Of a stretch of DNA of 64,000 nucleotides, positions 12,598-25,454 are shown in pieces (the stretch's first letter is position 1; every line of letters starts with the position of its first letter). Origin of the DNA: Eledone cirrhosa (Eukaryota); NCBI GenBank assembly GCA_964016885.1, contig OZ024741.1, forward strand, positions 161,572,001-161,636,000. The letters run 5' to 3'. The notes beneath the pieces were generated by a model. That model did not search any database, was not told where the DNA came from, and saw only the letters and a list, made by a program, of their open reading frames with translations. The position numbers were made by a program, and so were the translations under genes.

Positions 12598-14513
12598 CAT
12601 ATCATTGCTTTCTGTCGTAGGGAAAGTTTTATGTAGGGTGCTTCTGGACTGTCTGCTGACACACATTGCAGATTGTGTTCTTCCTGAAAGTCAATCTGGT
12701 TTTCGTGCTGGACGCGGCACTACTGATATGATCTTCTCAGCTAGACAGCTCCAGGAGAAGTGCATGGAACAAGGCTTGGATCTGTATCAGGTTTTTGTCG
12801 ATCTGACAAAAGCTTTCGATACTGTTAACAGAGATGCATTATGGAAGGTTCTCCAGAAACTTGGTTGCCCTGATAAGTTCCTTGCTTTAGTTAGGTCTTT
12901 CCATGACGACATGAAGGCTTGGGTTAATGTCGGGGGTAACATGTCGGAGCCTATCTCAGTAAAAAATGGAGTGAAACAGGGGGATATTCCAGCACCGACC
13001 CTGTTTGCCATATACTTTGCAATGGTTTTCTGTATTGCATTCAGGAATTGCGAGCATGGTGTTTACATCCGATATCGAACCTCAGGCAGCATATTTAACA
13101 TCAGGCGCTTTGCTGCGAAGACAAAAGTATTTACATCAATCATAAGAGACTTCTTGTATGCAGATGATTGCGATCTTGTAGCGCACACAGAGAGTGATAT
13201 GCAGCACATTTTGAATACATTTTCTGACGCTGCACTGCCCTAGGTCTGATTGTTAGTCTCAAGAAAACCGTTGTCATGTACCAACCTGCCCCTGGTAGGC
13301 AGTACACTGAACCAAACATCTATGTGTATGGCAAACGACTTGGAGTGGTTGATCAGTTTGTCTACCTGGGAAGCACTGTCAATCGATACAGCAACCTTGA
13401 CAGTGAAATCTCACTTAGGATTAGTAAAGCAAGTGTTGCTTTCGGAAAGCTAGAAAGGCGACTCTGGGGTCGGCGAGATATATGCAGGAGGACAAAGGTA
13501 AAGGTGTACAGGGCATGTGTGCTCTCTTGTCTTCTTTATGCCTGCGAGACCTGGGTCACATATCGACACCACCTTAAGCAATTGGAGCGTTTCCATCAGA
13601 TGTGTCTCAGACGGATCCATGGCGTTCACTGGAGAGACCACATCAGTAATGTCGAGATTTTGGAAAGCTCTATGTGTGACAGTATAGAAGCTCTTGTGCT
13701 TAAGCAATGACTCCGTTGGAGTGGTCACCTTGCCAGGATGAAGGATTCTAGAATACCAAAACAACTCTTTTATGGAGAGTTGGTTAAAGGAAAATGACCG
13801 CCACATAAACCAAAAAAGAGGTATAAGGATTCCTTGAAAGCCTCTCTGAAAGACGCTAACATCTCTGTTGATACATGGGAGAATATTGCTGCTGATCGTA
13901 ATAAATGGAGAAAGACTGTATATGAGGGAAAAGTTGCCTTTGAGGCATCTCGAATCGCATACGAGAAAGTAAAGCGGGATGTGAGGAAGGGCATTGCTGT
14001 TGCACTTCCAGACGGCGAGGGTCCTCCTATGGTGCTGACATGCAGCGTATGTGCGAGACTCTGCCTAAGCAAAGCTGGACTCGAAAGTCATCTTCGCAGT
14101 CATAAAGTAAGACCAGTGGTTGACTACCAGGCTGCTGTTGGAGATGCTACTCATCATGCTTGCCAAACATGTGGTAGAGAATGTAAATCAGCAGGAGGGC
14201 TCAAGCGACATGCAAAAGTACACGAACTCCAACCACAGCCGACTATTCCCAGTGAATGTTTTGGTTGCCGACTCTGTGCAAGACATTTTAGATCATTGGC
14301 TGGGCTAAAAAGCCACATTCGATCGCAGCGCTGTTAGTTGCTATCGTGTGTGTGTGTAGATATGCTTATGTGTGTGCGTGTGTGTGTATATATATATGTA
14401 TATGTATATTATTATTGTTGTTGTCGTTATTATTATTGTTATGATTATTATTATTATTATTGTTATTAATGTATGTGTGTGTGTATATGAGTGTGTGTGT
14501 GTATATGTGTATG

Positions 14514-14570
<57 letters not shown>

Positions 14571-14710
14571 GTATATATATATGTATATATATATGTATAT
14601 ATATATATATATATATTTCTTTTTTTTTATTTATTTATTATTATTATTTTTTTTTTTTTTCTTTCTCCTCATGCAATGGCCATACTCGATAACGAGGGGG
14701 CAGCCATTAT
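12598..14710 (+). mobile_element. Third RTE-clade LINE (BovB-like), 5'-truncated, with three C-terminal C2H2 fingers
   Basis: ESQSGFRAGRGTTD, FVDLTKAFDTV, GVKQGD, LYADD, FVYLGS, YACETW; frameshifts and stops; C2H2 motifs in 14040-14335; probable 3' end at 14663-14710 beyond a microsatellite. Confidence 0.85.
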
Positions 14711-14751
14711 ATGTGTGTGTATATGTATATCTCAGTGGATGCGACCAGATT

Positions 14752-15335
14752 TCAACACAGCAACAACTACAACAACAACAGCAGCAACACCAACAACAAC
14801 AACAGCAACAACACCATCGTCTGTGTTGAATGTGTGTGTATGTATGTATTTGTATATATGCGACAGCAATAACAGCATCAACACCATTGTCTGCAGCAAC
14901 AGCAGCAGTGAAATGAAGAACAACAACAACAGCAACAACGACAACAACTACAGCACCAACGACTGCCACCACCATCACCGACCATCCACCACCACCACAC
15001 TGGCACCATCCACCACCACCACACTGACACCATCCACCACCATTCACCACCACCACCACCATTACCAGCGTAAAGCAAACAATTATTATTATTATATACA
15101 AGCTGAACTGGACTGGGAAAGGTCAACAGTTGACATGATATTGATTTTGATTTTGATGATTTTGATTTTGATTTTGTATCAGTACTGTCGGTAATATATG
15201 TATATATATGTGTGTTTGTGAGTGGTGTGTGTGATTGTAAGCATGAATGAGTGTTGGTATGTGAGTGGCGTGTGTGTGGTTGTGGTTTGTATGCATGAGT
15301 GTTGGTGTGTGAGTGTTTGTGTGTGCGTCGTGTCA
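14752..15335. repeat. (CAA/CAG/CAC)n and (GT)n low-complexity array
   Basis: Directly visible simple repeats. Confidence 0.9.
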
Positions 15336-15399
15336 ATGTTTTTTTGTTATTTTTTTAATGACCATGCTGTAAAATGGAGGGGTAGAGAGGGCCCTTGAG

Positions 15400-18300
15400 T
15401 CTAGAAAGACATCCTCTCTAGTGCTGGTGGCACAAATAAAAGCACCCAGTCCATGCTGTAAAGTGGTGCTGGTGTTAGGAAGGGCATCCAACCAGTGTAT
15501 CAATGCCAAAACGCTTATCAGCACAGCAACAAATAGGAACAACAAAATATGAAGACGTCGCATCTCAGAGTTGCAACACTTAATGTTGGCACTCTCAGAG
15601 GTAGATCTGCTGAAATAGCGCAGATGCTGGAGAGAAGGCAGGTGGATGTGTGCTGCGTGCAAGAGGTGAGATGGAGAGGTGCCTCTGCGAGACTAGTCGT
15701 AGGCAAGCGTCTTAGCTATAAGCTATTCTGGGTAGGTAAGGATGATGGTTTAGGGGGAGTAGGCATTTTCCTGGCTGAGAAATGGATCAATAAGACAATA
15801 GAGGTAGTTCGAGTTAGTAATCGAATAATTAAGCTTAGATTAGTTGTAGGTAGGAGACTACTGACAATCATCTCAGTCTATGCTCCCCAAGCAGGCCTAG
15901 GCAAAGATGAGAAAGACTGCTTTTATGAGCAACTTTTGCAAACAACCGCAATGACAGAGGACGGAGACATCGTTATGCGAGCAGGAGACTTCAATGGTCA
16001 TGTTGGACAGCTCCAGGATGGTTACACTGGGGTACATGGTGGGCACGGTTACGGTTCAAGAAATGAAGAAGGAGTGAGACTTCTTGAATTTTGTGATGCG
16101 AGTACATTGACTATTTGCAACACAAACTTCCAGAAACCTGCCACTCACCTAATAACCTACAAATCTGGTGAGCACATAAGCCAGATTGACTTCTTGCTAG
16201 TTAGGCAGCGGGACAGGCAGATAGTGTCTAATACCAAGGCATACCCTGGGAAAGAATGTACCCCACAGCATAGGTTAGTTGTTAGTGATATCTCAGTAAG
16301 CAAGAGATGGAATGAGACATATAGGAAGGTGTGGAGAAGAAAGGTCTGGAAGCTAAAAGACCTTTCACTAAAATACAAATTTAGGAAAGCCCTTCAAGAT
16401 GTATATGACGAAAAAGAAGACAATTTAGAGACGTATGACATAGATAATAACTGGAATTTCTTACGTGACAACTTGCTGCAGGCTACTGATGAAACCTGTG
16501 GCTGGAGCAGAGCTCCAACCAGACAGAGAGTGACCTGGTGGTGGAACAGCACAGTAGATAAGGCTATTAGAGACAAAAGACTGGCATGGAAGGCTTGGAA
16601 AAAGGGTGGGAGTAGGGAAGAATATACAGCCACTAAGAGAGAAGCTAGACGTCAGGTGTACTTAGCACGCAGGGAGGCAGAGAGTAGGAGATTTGCCAAT
16701 GTTCTGCGTCGGGAAGATCAGAGGCGTGCGGTGTTCCACATTGCAAGGCAGTGTGTCAATGCAAATCAGGATGTTGTTGGAGATAAATGTGTCCGGGATG
16801 ATGCCGGTGTACTTAGTGTCACGAATGATCAGAAAAAGGAGGCCTGGAAATGTCATTATGAGAGACTGATGAATGTGGAGAACGAATGGGAGAGAGAGAA
16901 ATTACCCTTGTTAGATCCGATAGAGGGACCAGTTATTGAGATTGACGAATATAGGGTCCAAGAGGCGATTAGGGAAATGAAAAATGGTAAGGCTGCTGGA
17001 CCATCGGGAATAGTTGCTGAGATGCTGAAGGCATCAGGGGAAGTAGGCACTAAACTGGTTGCACGCATCATCAATCAGGCTATATATGGTGGTGTCATAC
17101 CCAAAGACTGGTGCAGCAGTATTCTCATAAATTGCTACAAAGGTAAAGGGGATGCTTTGGAGAGGAGCAATTATAGGGGTATAAAACTGATAGATCTGGT
17201 TATGAAAGTGGCAGAAAGGATTTTAGCACAACTAATTAGAGAAAGGGTCAAACTAGATGAGATGCAGTTTGGTTTTGTGCCTGGGAAGAGTACAACAGAT
17301 GCCCTCTTCTTGGTGAGACAATTGCAAGAGAGGTTCTTAGAGAAGAATAAGCCACTATACTTAGCCTTTGTTGACCTAGAGAAGGCCTTTGATAGGGTAC
17401 CCCGATCTGTCATCTGGTGGTCCTTAAGGAAGCTAGGTGTTGAGGAATGGCTTGTGAGGACAGTGCAAACTTTGTACAGAGGTACTCTCAGTAAAGTCAG
17501 GGTAGGAATGGAGTTTAGTGAGGAATATCCAGATACAAGTAGGAGTACATCAGGGTTCGGTCCTCAGCCCGCTCTTTTTCATTATAGTCCTTCAAGCCAT
17601 AACAGAGGAGTTTAAGACTGGCTGTCCATGGGAACTTCTCTATGCTGACGATCTGGTTCTTATACCAGAATCAGTAGAGGAGCTAGAGAATAAATTCTGG
17701 CTATGGAAACAGCAGTTGGAATCAAGAGGACTGACAGTGAATCTAGCTAAGACAAAAGTGTTGATGAGTAGAAAAGAGGACAAAATCCTGATTCCGTCAG
17801 GGAAATGGCCATGTTCGATATGCAGAAAAGGAACTGGCATAAATTCTATAAAATGCACACAATGCAGATCCTGGGTACACAAGAGATGTAGCGGGATAGC
17901 AGGCAAACTAACAGGTAGGGAGAAATATGTATGCAGTAGATGTACAGGGAAATTAGACAGTAGAAGTCGCACTGATAGACACATTTTTCAAATGCAAGAG
18001 GGCGCTATAGAAGTGGTGGATAGCTTCCGGTACCTAGGAGATCAGATTAGCATGGGAGGAGGGTGTTCCGAGGCCATAGTATCTAGAATAAGGACGGGTT
18101 GGAAGAAGTTTAGGGAGCTGCTTCCTCTGTTGACGAAGGGTTTCTCCCTGCGTACGAAAGGCCGGTTGTATGATGCCTGTGTGAGGAGCGCGATGCTGCA
18201 TGGTAGTGAGACATAGGCAGCAACTGCAGAGGATATGCGACGGCTGGAGAGAAATGAGGCAAGCATGCTCCGTTGGATGTGCAGTGTAAATGTGCGTGAA

Positions 18301-18635
18301 TGACCCAGCATAAATGTGTTGAGAGAGAAACTGTGTCTGAGAGGGATAGAATGTAGTGTACGGGAGAGGAGACTGAGGTGGTATGGACATGTGATGTGCA
18401 TGGAGGATGACCGATGGGTGAAGAAGTGCCAGGAATTACCAGTTGAAGGAAGACGTGGTAGAGGTAGACCATGAAAAACATGGGCGGAGGTGGTGAGAAC
18501 AGACCTCAGATCATTGAAGCTCACGGTGGCGATGACGAGGGACCGTGACGAGTGGAGAGATGCTGTGCTGAATAAGACCTGTCCCACCCTTGCAAGCAGG
18601 GAAAAGCGGACGTAAAATGATGATGATGATGATGA
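15400..18635 (+). mobile_element. RTE family B LINE, near full length, disabled
   Basis: ORF 15549-17615 has APE (LRVATLNVGTL, GDFNGH) and RT; frameshift ~17530; 17518-18216 has YADD and the zinc finger; stops at ~18214, 18301, 18472; (ATG)n tail. 5' boundary approximate. Confidence 0.93.
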
Positions 18636-18641
18636 TATATA

Positions 18642-19174
18642 CATCATCATCATCATCATCGTTTAACGTCCATCTTCCACGCTTGCATGGGTTTGGACGG
18701 GGGTTTTCCCACTTGAGGCAAGATTTGTTGTCCTGCTCGTATAGGACTGTCTGGCGGGTTTTCTACGGCTGGATGCCCTTCCTAACACCAACCATGTTTA
18801 CAGTGTGGACTGGGAGGTTTTTACCGTGTTACTTACACGGCCACATTACAGCGTGGACTGTGTGTTTTTTCGGACTGGATGTTGCAGTACCAACATAACT
18901 TCACATTTAAGGGGGTGGTGTGGATGATGTGGGGGTAGTGGGACGGGGTGAGGGGCGAGGGGGTATTTTATTAGAGGTGCCTACTGACTGTAGGTTACGC
19001 TTTGTACTTAGGCAAGGCGGGTCTTCTGTATGACTGTGTAGCGCCAAAGATCTCGGTCCAGTGACATTGTCTTGGAGAGGTGTAAGTGTGTGAGGTCGGA
19101 ATTTATCCAGTCGTCCCAGGTTTTTCTGGGTCTGTCTACTCCGTGGCTACCGTCTATTTTTACCGCCCTGCACT
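18642..19174 (-). mobile_element. RTE-A 3' fragment, tail-to-tail with RTE-B
   Basis: 3' UTR plus last ORF codons. Confidence 0.9.
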
Positions 19175-19195
19175 ATACATATATATATATAAACA

Positions 19196-19245
<50 letters not shown>

Positions 19246-19269
19246 CATATATATTATATATATATATAC

Positions 19270-19308
<39 letters not shown>

Positions 19309-19384
19309 TATTATATATATATATACATATACATATATATTATATATATATATACATATACATATATATTATATATATATATAC

Positions 19385-19423
<39 letters not shown>

Positions 19424-19441
19424 TATTATATATATATATAC

Positions 19442-19484
<43 letters not shown>

Positions 19485-19487
19485 TAT

Positions 19488-19568
<81 letters not shown>

Positions 19569-19579
19569 ATATATATATA

Positions 19580-19910
19580 TACAGTTGGCATCTCTAACAA
19601 AATACACCCCCATCCCACCCCATCCACACCGCCCCCTTCAATGCAAAGTTATGTTGGTGCCACAACATCCAGGCCGAAACACACAATCCACGCTGTAATG
19701 TGACCGTGTAGGCAACACGGTAAAAACCTCCCAGACCCACACTGTAAATGTGGTTGGTGTTAGGAAGGGCATCCAGCTGTAGAAAACCCGCCAGACAGTC
19801 CTATGCGAGCAAGACAACCACTCTTGCCTCAAGTGGGAAAACCCCTGTCCAAACCCATGCAAGTGTGGAATACGGACGTTAAACGATGATGATGATGATG
19901 ATGATGATGA
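19580..19910 (+). mobile_element. RTE-A 3' UTR fragment
   Basis: Matches 1-311. Confidence 0.88.
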
Positions 19911-19929
19911 TATACATATATATATATAC

Positions 19930-19997
<68 letters not shown>

Positions 19998-20190
19998 TAG
20001 GTATAGGATTACCCAAGATGTAGTACTGGTTAATTACTACACTGGATATAGTTGACGTACGGTGAAAGGTTACTCTACGAGTTATGGAAGAATTGTTGAA
20101 GAAACTTAGTTCCTGATCCTTCTGTATTCCGGAGTGTATATAAAGAATGAATAATAACAGGCAGACATCAAAAAAGGTAGTTTATTCCGT

Positions 20191-20301
20191 GTGCTTACAA
20201 ATGTTTCCACGGTGGTACTACAGCCTAGTTATGCTATGTGCAAATTTACAAGTATTTGCAGAACTCAAATATCCAATGCTGTGACCACTGTATCCTCAGC
20301 A
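20191..20301 (-). ncRNA. Hammerhead ribozyme-like motif with long stem II (Penelope pLTR-like)
   Basis: Minus strand: tg CTGAGGA tacagtggt...accaccgtg GAAAC attt GTA agcac; an inverted copy tgctCTGAGGAtacagt follows at 20305-20321. Confidence 0.55.
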
Positions 20302-20528
20302 TTCTGCTCTGAGGATACAGTATATATATATACATGTATATATATATACATATACATGTATATATATATATATATACATATATACATGTATATATATATA
20401 TATACATATATACATGTATATATATATATACATATGTATATATATACATGTATATATATATATACATATATATATGTATATATACATGTATATATATATA
20501 TACATGTATATATATATACATGTATATA

Positions 20529-20565
<37 letters not shown>

Positions 20566-20595
20566 CAATATAAGGAACACTTGTGATTATTTATG

Positions 20596-20632
20596 CCCTT
20601 GAGAAGCCCAACTGGGCGAAACGTGCGTAGGT
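20596..20632 (+). ncRNA. Degenerate minimal hammerhead-like motif
   Basis: cc ttgagaa gccca ac tgggc GAAAC gtgc GTA gg; variant core, intact stem II. Confidence 0.45.
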
Positions 20633-20879
20633 GATATTTTAAATAAACATGTTTTAACGGTCTATTCTCCGATTTTTCACTTTCCTACGTGCTTACGCTC
20701 TGCTAACTCTCTAGCCCACTAAATATTAACACTTCGAATATTTAATACTGCCGGCACTAGTATCGAGCACCTTTGGCATACGCTACTTGGCAAATAACTA
20801 TATGTATCACCTATCCCCCCTTTTTTTTTCTTTCTCGATACGTAAATACAATATATATATATATACATGTATATATATA

Positions 20880-21331
20880 TCATCATCATCATCATCATCA
20901 GGTTTAGCGTCCGTGTTCCACGCTTGCATGGGTTTGGACGGGGGTTTTCCCACTTGAGGCAAGAGTGGTTGTCTTGCTCGCATAGGACTGTCTGGCGGGT
21001 TTTCTACAGTTGGATGCCCTTCCTAACACCAACCACATTTACAGCGTGGGGCTGGGAGGTTTTTACCGTGTTGCCTACACGGCCACATTACAGCGTGGAC
21101 TGTCTGGCGGGTTTTCTACAGCTGGATGCCCTTCCTAACACCAACCACATTTACAGTGTGGGGCTGGGAGGTTTTTACTGTGTTGCCTACACGGCCACAT
21201 TTACAGCGTGGACTGTGTGTTTTTTGTCGTGACACCTACACGATCTCATTTGTTTCGGCCTGGATGTTGTGGGACCAACATAACTTTACATTGAAAGGGG
21301 CGGTGTGGATGGGGTGGAGGTGGTGGGACGG
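20880..21331 (-). mobile_element. RTE-A 3' UTR fragment with an internal ~113-bp tandem duplication
   Basis: ggactgtctggcgggttttctacag...cagcgt repeated at ~20985 and ~21097. Confidence 0.88.
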
Positions 21332-21338
21332 ATATATG

Positions 21339-21389
<51 letters not shown>

Positions 21390-21449
21390 GTATATATATA
21401 TTCTAGCGTGGAAGAGCGGATGTAAAACGGTGATGATGATGATATATAT

Positions 21450-21536
<87 letters not shown>

Positions 21537-21556
21537 TATGTATATATATATATATC

Positions 21557-21611
<55 letters not shown>

Positions 21612-21628
21612 GTACATATATATATATA

Positions 21629-21657
<29 letters not shown>

Positions 21658-21659
<2 letters not shown>

Positions 21660-24600
21660 CATCATCATCATCAACGTTTAACGTCCGTGTTCCACGCTTG
21701 CATGGGTTTGGACGGGGGTAGTCCCACTTGAGGCAAGAGTGATTGTCTTGCTCGCATAGGACTGTCTGGCAGGTTTTCTACAGTTGGATGCCCTTCCTAA
21801 CACCAACCACATTTACAGTGTGGGGCTGGGAGGTTTTTACCGTGTTGCCTACACGGCCACATTACAGCGTGGACTGTGTGTTTTTTTGTCGTGACACCTA
21901 CACGATCTCATTTGTTTCGGCCTGGATGGCGCGGCACCAACATAACTTTACATAGAACGGGGTGGTGTGGATGGGGTGGGGGTGGTGGCGGGACGGGGTG
22001 TAGTTTGTTAGAGATGCCTACTGGCAAGGCGGGTCTTCTCTGTTACTGAGTACCGCCAAAGGTCACGGTCCAGTGACATTGTCTTGGAGAGGTGTAAGTG
22101 TGTGAGGTCGGAGTTTATCAGCTCATCCCATGTTTTTCTAGGTCTGCCTATTCCGTGGCTACCGTCTATCTTTATTGCCCTGCACTTTGTAATACAGCTA
22201 TCGACTTTCATGCGCATCACGTGTCCATACCAACGCAGCCTTCTCTCGAGTAAACAACATCTGATCCCTCTTATCTCTAATTTTTTCCTTAGTTCGTTTA
22301 TGCTTTGCCGTTCACGTATATTACTGTTACACATCCAGCGGAGCATGCAAGCTTCGTTCCTCTCTAGTCTGCGTATATCCTCTGCACACAATGCCCAGGT
22401 CTCACTACCATGCAACATTGCTGTTCGTATGCAGGCATCGTACAACCTGCCTTTCATTTTTAGGGAGAACCCTTTAGCAGCTAATAGTGGTATAAGCTCT
22501 CTGAACTTTTTCCAACCAGTTCTGACTCTAGCTACAGTACTTTCAGAGCACCCTCCCCCACTGCTGATTTTATCGCCCAGGTAACGGAAGCTGTCCACTA
22601 TTTCTATAGAACCCTCTGCGCAATTGAAAGAGCTAGTATTTTGTGGGCACTTGCTGCTACTTATTGCACCAGAACACCGGCCACATGTAAAGTCTATGTT
22701 CTTAGTTAGCTTACCTGTGATCCCACTACATCTTTTATGCACCCATACTTTGCATTTAGGACATAAGATGGAGTTTCTACCTACGCCTTTCCTACATACC
22801 GAGCACGACCATTTCCCAGAAGGGACCGCCGCCTTGTTTTCTTTCCTACAAACTAGAACTTTGGTCTTAGCCAGGTTAATTTTAAGTCCTTTTGACTCTA
22901 GGCCGTGCTTCCATGTTTGGAATTTCTTCTCTAGCTCGGCCATTGATTCCGCTATGAGTGTCAGGTCGTCTGCGTATAGGAGTTCCCATGGGCAGCCTGT
23001 CTTGAACTCCTCTGTTATAGCCTGAAGGGCAATAATAAATAGTAGGGGGCTGAGAACAGAGCCCTGATGGACGCCAACTTTTACGCTAAACTCTTCACTA
23101 TATTCGTTGTTAATTCTAACCTTGCTGACTGTTTCTTTATACATGGCTTGTATAGCCCTCACAAGCCATTCGTCAACGCCTAGTTTTCTAAGAGCCCACC
23201 AGATAATGGAGCGGGGGACTCTGTCGCAGGCTTTCTCCAGGTCGACAAAAGCTAAGTAGAGGGGCTTACCTTTAGCTAGGTACTTCTCCTGTAGTTGTCG
23301 TACTATGAAAAGAGCGTCTGTGGTGCTTTTGCCTGACACAAACCCGAACTGCATTTCATCTAGATCAATTCTCTCTCTGATTAGTTGCGCTATTACTTTT
23401 TCCGTGACCTTCATGACCTGGTCGATTAATTTAATGCCTCTATAGTTACTCCTATCTAGGGCGTCTCCTTTACCCTTATAACAGTTAACGATGATGCTGC
23501 TATGCCAGTCCTTCGGAACAACCCCATTCTGTACGACTTGGTTAACTATGCGGGTGACCATGGTGTGTCCCACCGTGCCAGATGCCTTCAGCATCTCAGC
23601 AACTATTTCCGAAGGCCCAGCCGCCTTACCAGTCTTCATATCCTTGATTGCCTTACTTATTATACTCCCCTCGACTAACACTGCTGGTCCCTCTATCGGG
23701 TCGATATGGGGGAGACTGTCTTTCTCCCATTTATTCTCCTCATTTAGTAGCCTTTCATAGTGACACTTCCAAGCTACCTTCTTATCAGTGTCGGTGATGG
23801 CAAGTATGCCATCATCGTTAAGTACACACTTCTCCCCGACAATATCACGGTTTTCCTTGACGCATTGCCTGGCAATCCTGAACACCTCACGTTTTTGGTC
23901 ATCGCGTTGTAGAACATGCTTGAACTTTCTTTCCTCAGCTTCCCTTCTTGCTAAGTACACTTCTCTCCTAGCTTCCCTCCTGGCCACTTGATAGTCTACT
24001 CTACTTCCCCCATCCCGCCATACTTTCCAAGCCTGCTTTTTGGCCTTAATTGACCCCTCCACCCTATTGTTCCACCACCATGTTACTCTCCTCCTGCCTA
24101 CAGGCCTGCTCCAGCCACAGACTTCGTCTGTCGCCAACAGCAGGTTTGCTTTCAGAAATTTCCACTGTCCCTCTATATTGTCCGATTCTAGATGCTCTTC
24201 CTTACTGTCGAAAGCATCAAGTAATATGCTTTGAAATTTATTTCTGGCTGTGGGGTCCTTTAGTTTCCATATTTTCCTCCTGAGGATAGTCCTCTTCTGC
24301 TGTCGGGTACGTCTCGTCCTGACTGTGAGGTCGCTAATTATCAGTCTATGTTGGGAGGTGCATTCTTCATGGGGGAGGGATTTAGTGTTTACAACAGACA
24401 CTCTGTCACGTCTTCTGGTAAGGATATAATCTACCTGGCTTGTGTGTTCCCCGGATCTATAGGTAATCAGGTGATTGTCACGTTTTTTGAAGTTAGTGTT
24501 ACAGATAGTTAGGTTATTTGCATCACAGTATTCCAGAATTCTGGAGCCTTCCTCATTTCTAGTACCAAACCCATAGCCTCCATGGATTTCGTCGTAGCCG

Positions 24601-25149
24601 TCACAATGTTGTCCAACGTGACCATTTAGGTCGCCTGCAATAATTATATAGTCACTGTCAGATATTTGGGAGGTAGTTAGCAACAGTGTCTCATAGAATC
24701 TGTCTTTTATAGTGCCGGGCAGTCCGGATTGGGGTGCGTACGCAGATATTACTGTCACCGTAGTTCTATTGAGGACAAGTCTTATTTTAATTATTCTGTC
24801 GTTCACTCTATTTACGTCTATTATCTTATCTGCCCACTTTTCTGCTACCATGATTCCTACTCCACCCAGCCCATCGTCGTTTCCCACCCAGAAAAGCTTA
24901 TAACATCGTTTTTTACCCTCAATGAATCTAGCAGACCCACCCCTCCACCTGGTCTCTTGAATACAACAAACATCGACCTCCTTACGTTCAAGCATTTCTA
25001 CAACCTCGTTAGCGCGACCCTTTAGGGTGCCTACATTTATGGTACCAACTCTGAAGTTTTGGGTTGCGTTTGGAGGGTGGGGGTGGTGGGGGGCGGGAGG
25101 AGATAGGATTATGTTAGCCATCCGCGGACGAAACAAAGAGGAGTGCTCG

Positions 25150-25155
<6 letters not shown>
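21658..25155 (-). mobile_element. RTE-A LINE with uninterrupted ORF
   Basis: Complete APE-RT ORF, 3' UTR and (GAT)n tail; 5' end cut at (TA)n just upstream of the ATG. Confidence 0.96.
22008..25121 (-). CDS. RTE APE endonuclease-reverse transcriptase (~1037 aa) with internal PHD-like zinc finger
   Basis: Likely start MANIILSPP at 25121 (the listed N-terminal extension is microsatellite); motifs [34 protein letters not shown]. Confidence 0.9.
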   Translation of the reverse strand: MANIILSPPAPHHPHPPNATQNFRVGTINVGTLKGRANEVVEMLERKEVDVCCIQETRWRGGSARFIEGKKRCYKLFWVGNDDGLGGVGIMVAEKWADKIIDVNRVNDRIIKIRLVLNRTTVTVISAYAPQSGLPGTIKDRFYETLLLTTSQISDSDYIIIAGDLNGHVGQHCDGYDEIHGGYGFGTRNEEGSRILEYCDANNLTICNTNFKKRDNHLITYRSGEHTSQVDYILTRRRDRVSVVNTKSLPHEECTSQHRLIISDLTVRTRRTRQQKRTILRRKIWKLKDPTARNKFQSILLDAFDSKEEHLESDNIEGQWKFLKANLLLATDEVCGWSRPVGRRRVTWWWNNRVEGSIKAKKQAWKVWRDGGSRVDYQVARREARREVYLARREAEERKFKHVLQRDDQKREVFRIARQCVKENRDIVGEKCVLNDDGILAITDTDKKVAWKCHYERLLNEENKWEKDSLPHIDPIEGPAVLVEGSIISKAIKDMKTGKAAGPSEIVAEMLKASGTVGHTMVTRIVNQVVQNGVVPKDWHSSIIVNCYKGKGDALDRSNYRGIKLIDQVMKVTEKVIAQLIRERIDLDEMQFGFVSGKSTTDALFIVRQLQEKYLAKGKPLYLAFVDLEKACDRVPRSIIWWALRKLGVDEWLVRAIQAMYKETVSKVRINNEYSEEFSVKVGVHQGSVLSPLLFIIALQAITEEFKTGCPWELLYADDLTLIAESMAELEKKFQTWKHGLESKGLKINLAKTKVLVCRKENKAAVPSGKWSCSVCRKGVGRNSILCPKCKVWVHKRCSGITGKLTKNIDFTCGRCSGAISSSKCPQNTSSFNCAEGSIEIVDSFRYLGDKISSGGGCSESTVARVRTGWKKFRELIPLLAAKGFSLKMKGRLYDACIRTAMLHGSETWALCAEDIRRLERNEACMLRWMCNSNIRERQSINELRKKLEIRGIRCCLLERRLRWYGHVMRMKVDSCITKCRAIKIDGSHGIGRPRKTWDELINSDLTHLHLSKTMSLDRDLWRYSVTEKTRLASRHL

Positions 25156-25201
<46 letters not shown>

Positions 25202-25305
25202 GTATATATATATATACATATATATATACACACACACGTATATATATATTCTAGCGTGGAAGAATGGACGTAAAACAGTGATGATGATGATATATATATA
25301 TATAT

Positions 25306-25359
<54 letters not shown>

Positions 25360-25360
25360 G

Positions 25361-25419
<59 letters not shown>

Positions 25420-25454
25420 GTACATATCTATATATATATATATATATATATATA

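Noticed and set aside
14460-15336. Poly-Q/T/N/H protein
   Set aside because: Simple trinucleotide repeats with no splice or homology support.
16484-16500. CTGATGA strings inside RTE ORFs as hammerheads
   Set aside because: No stem II-GAAA-UH arrangement; chance occurrences.
25122-25235. N-terminal extension of the 1075-aa ORF
   Set aside because: Mostly microsatellite-derived; the homologous copy at 6634 supports the MAN start.
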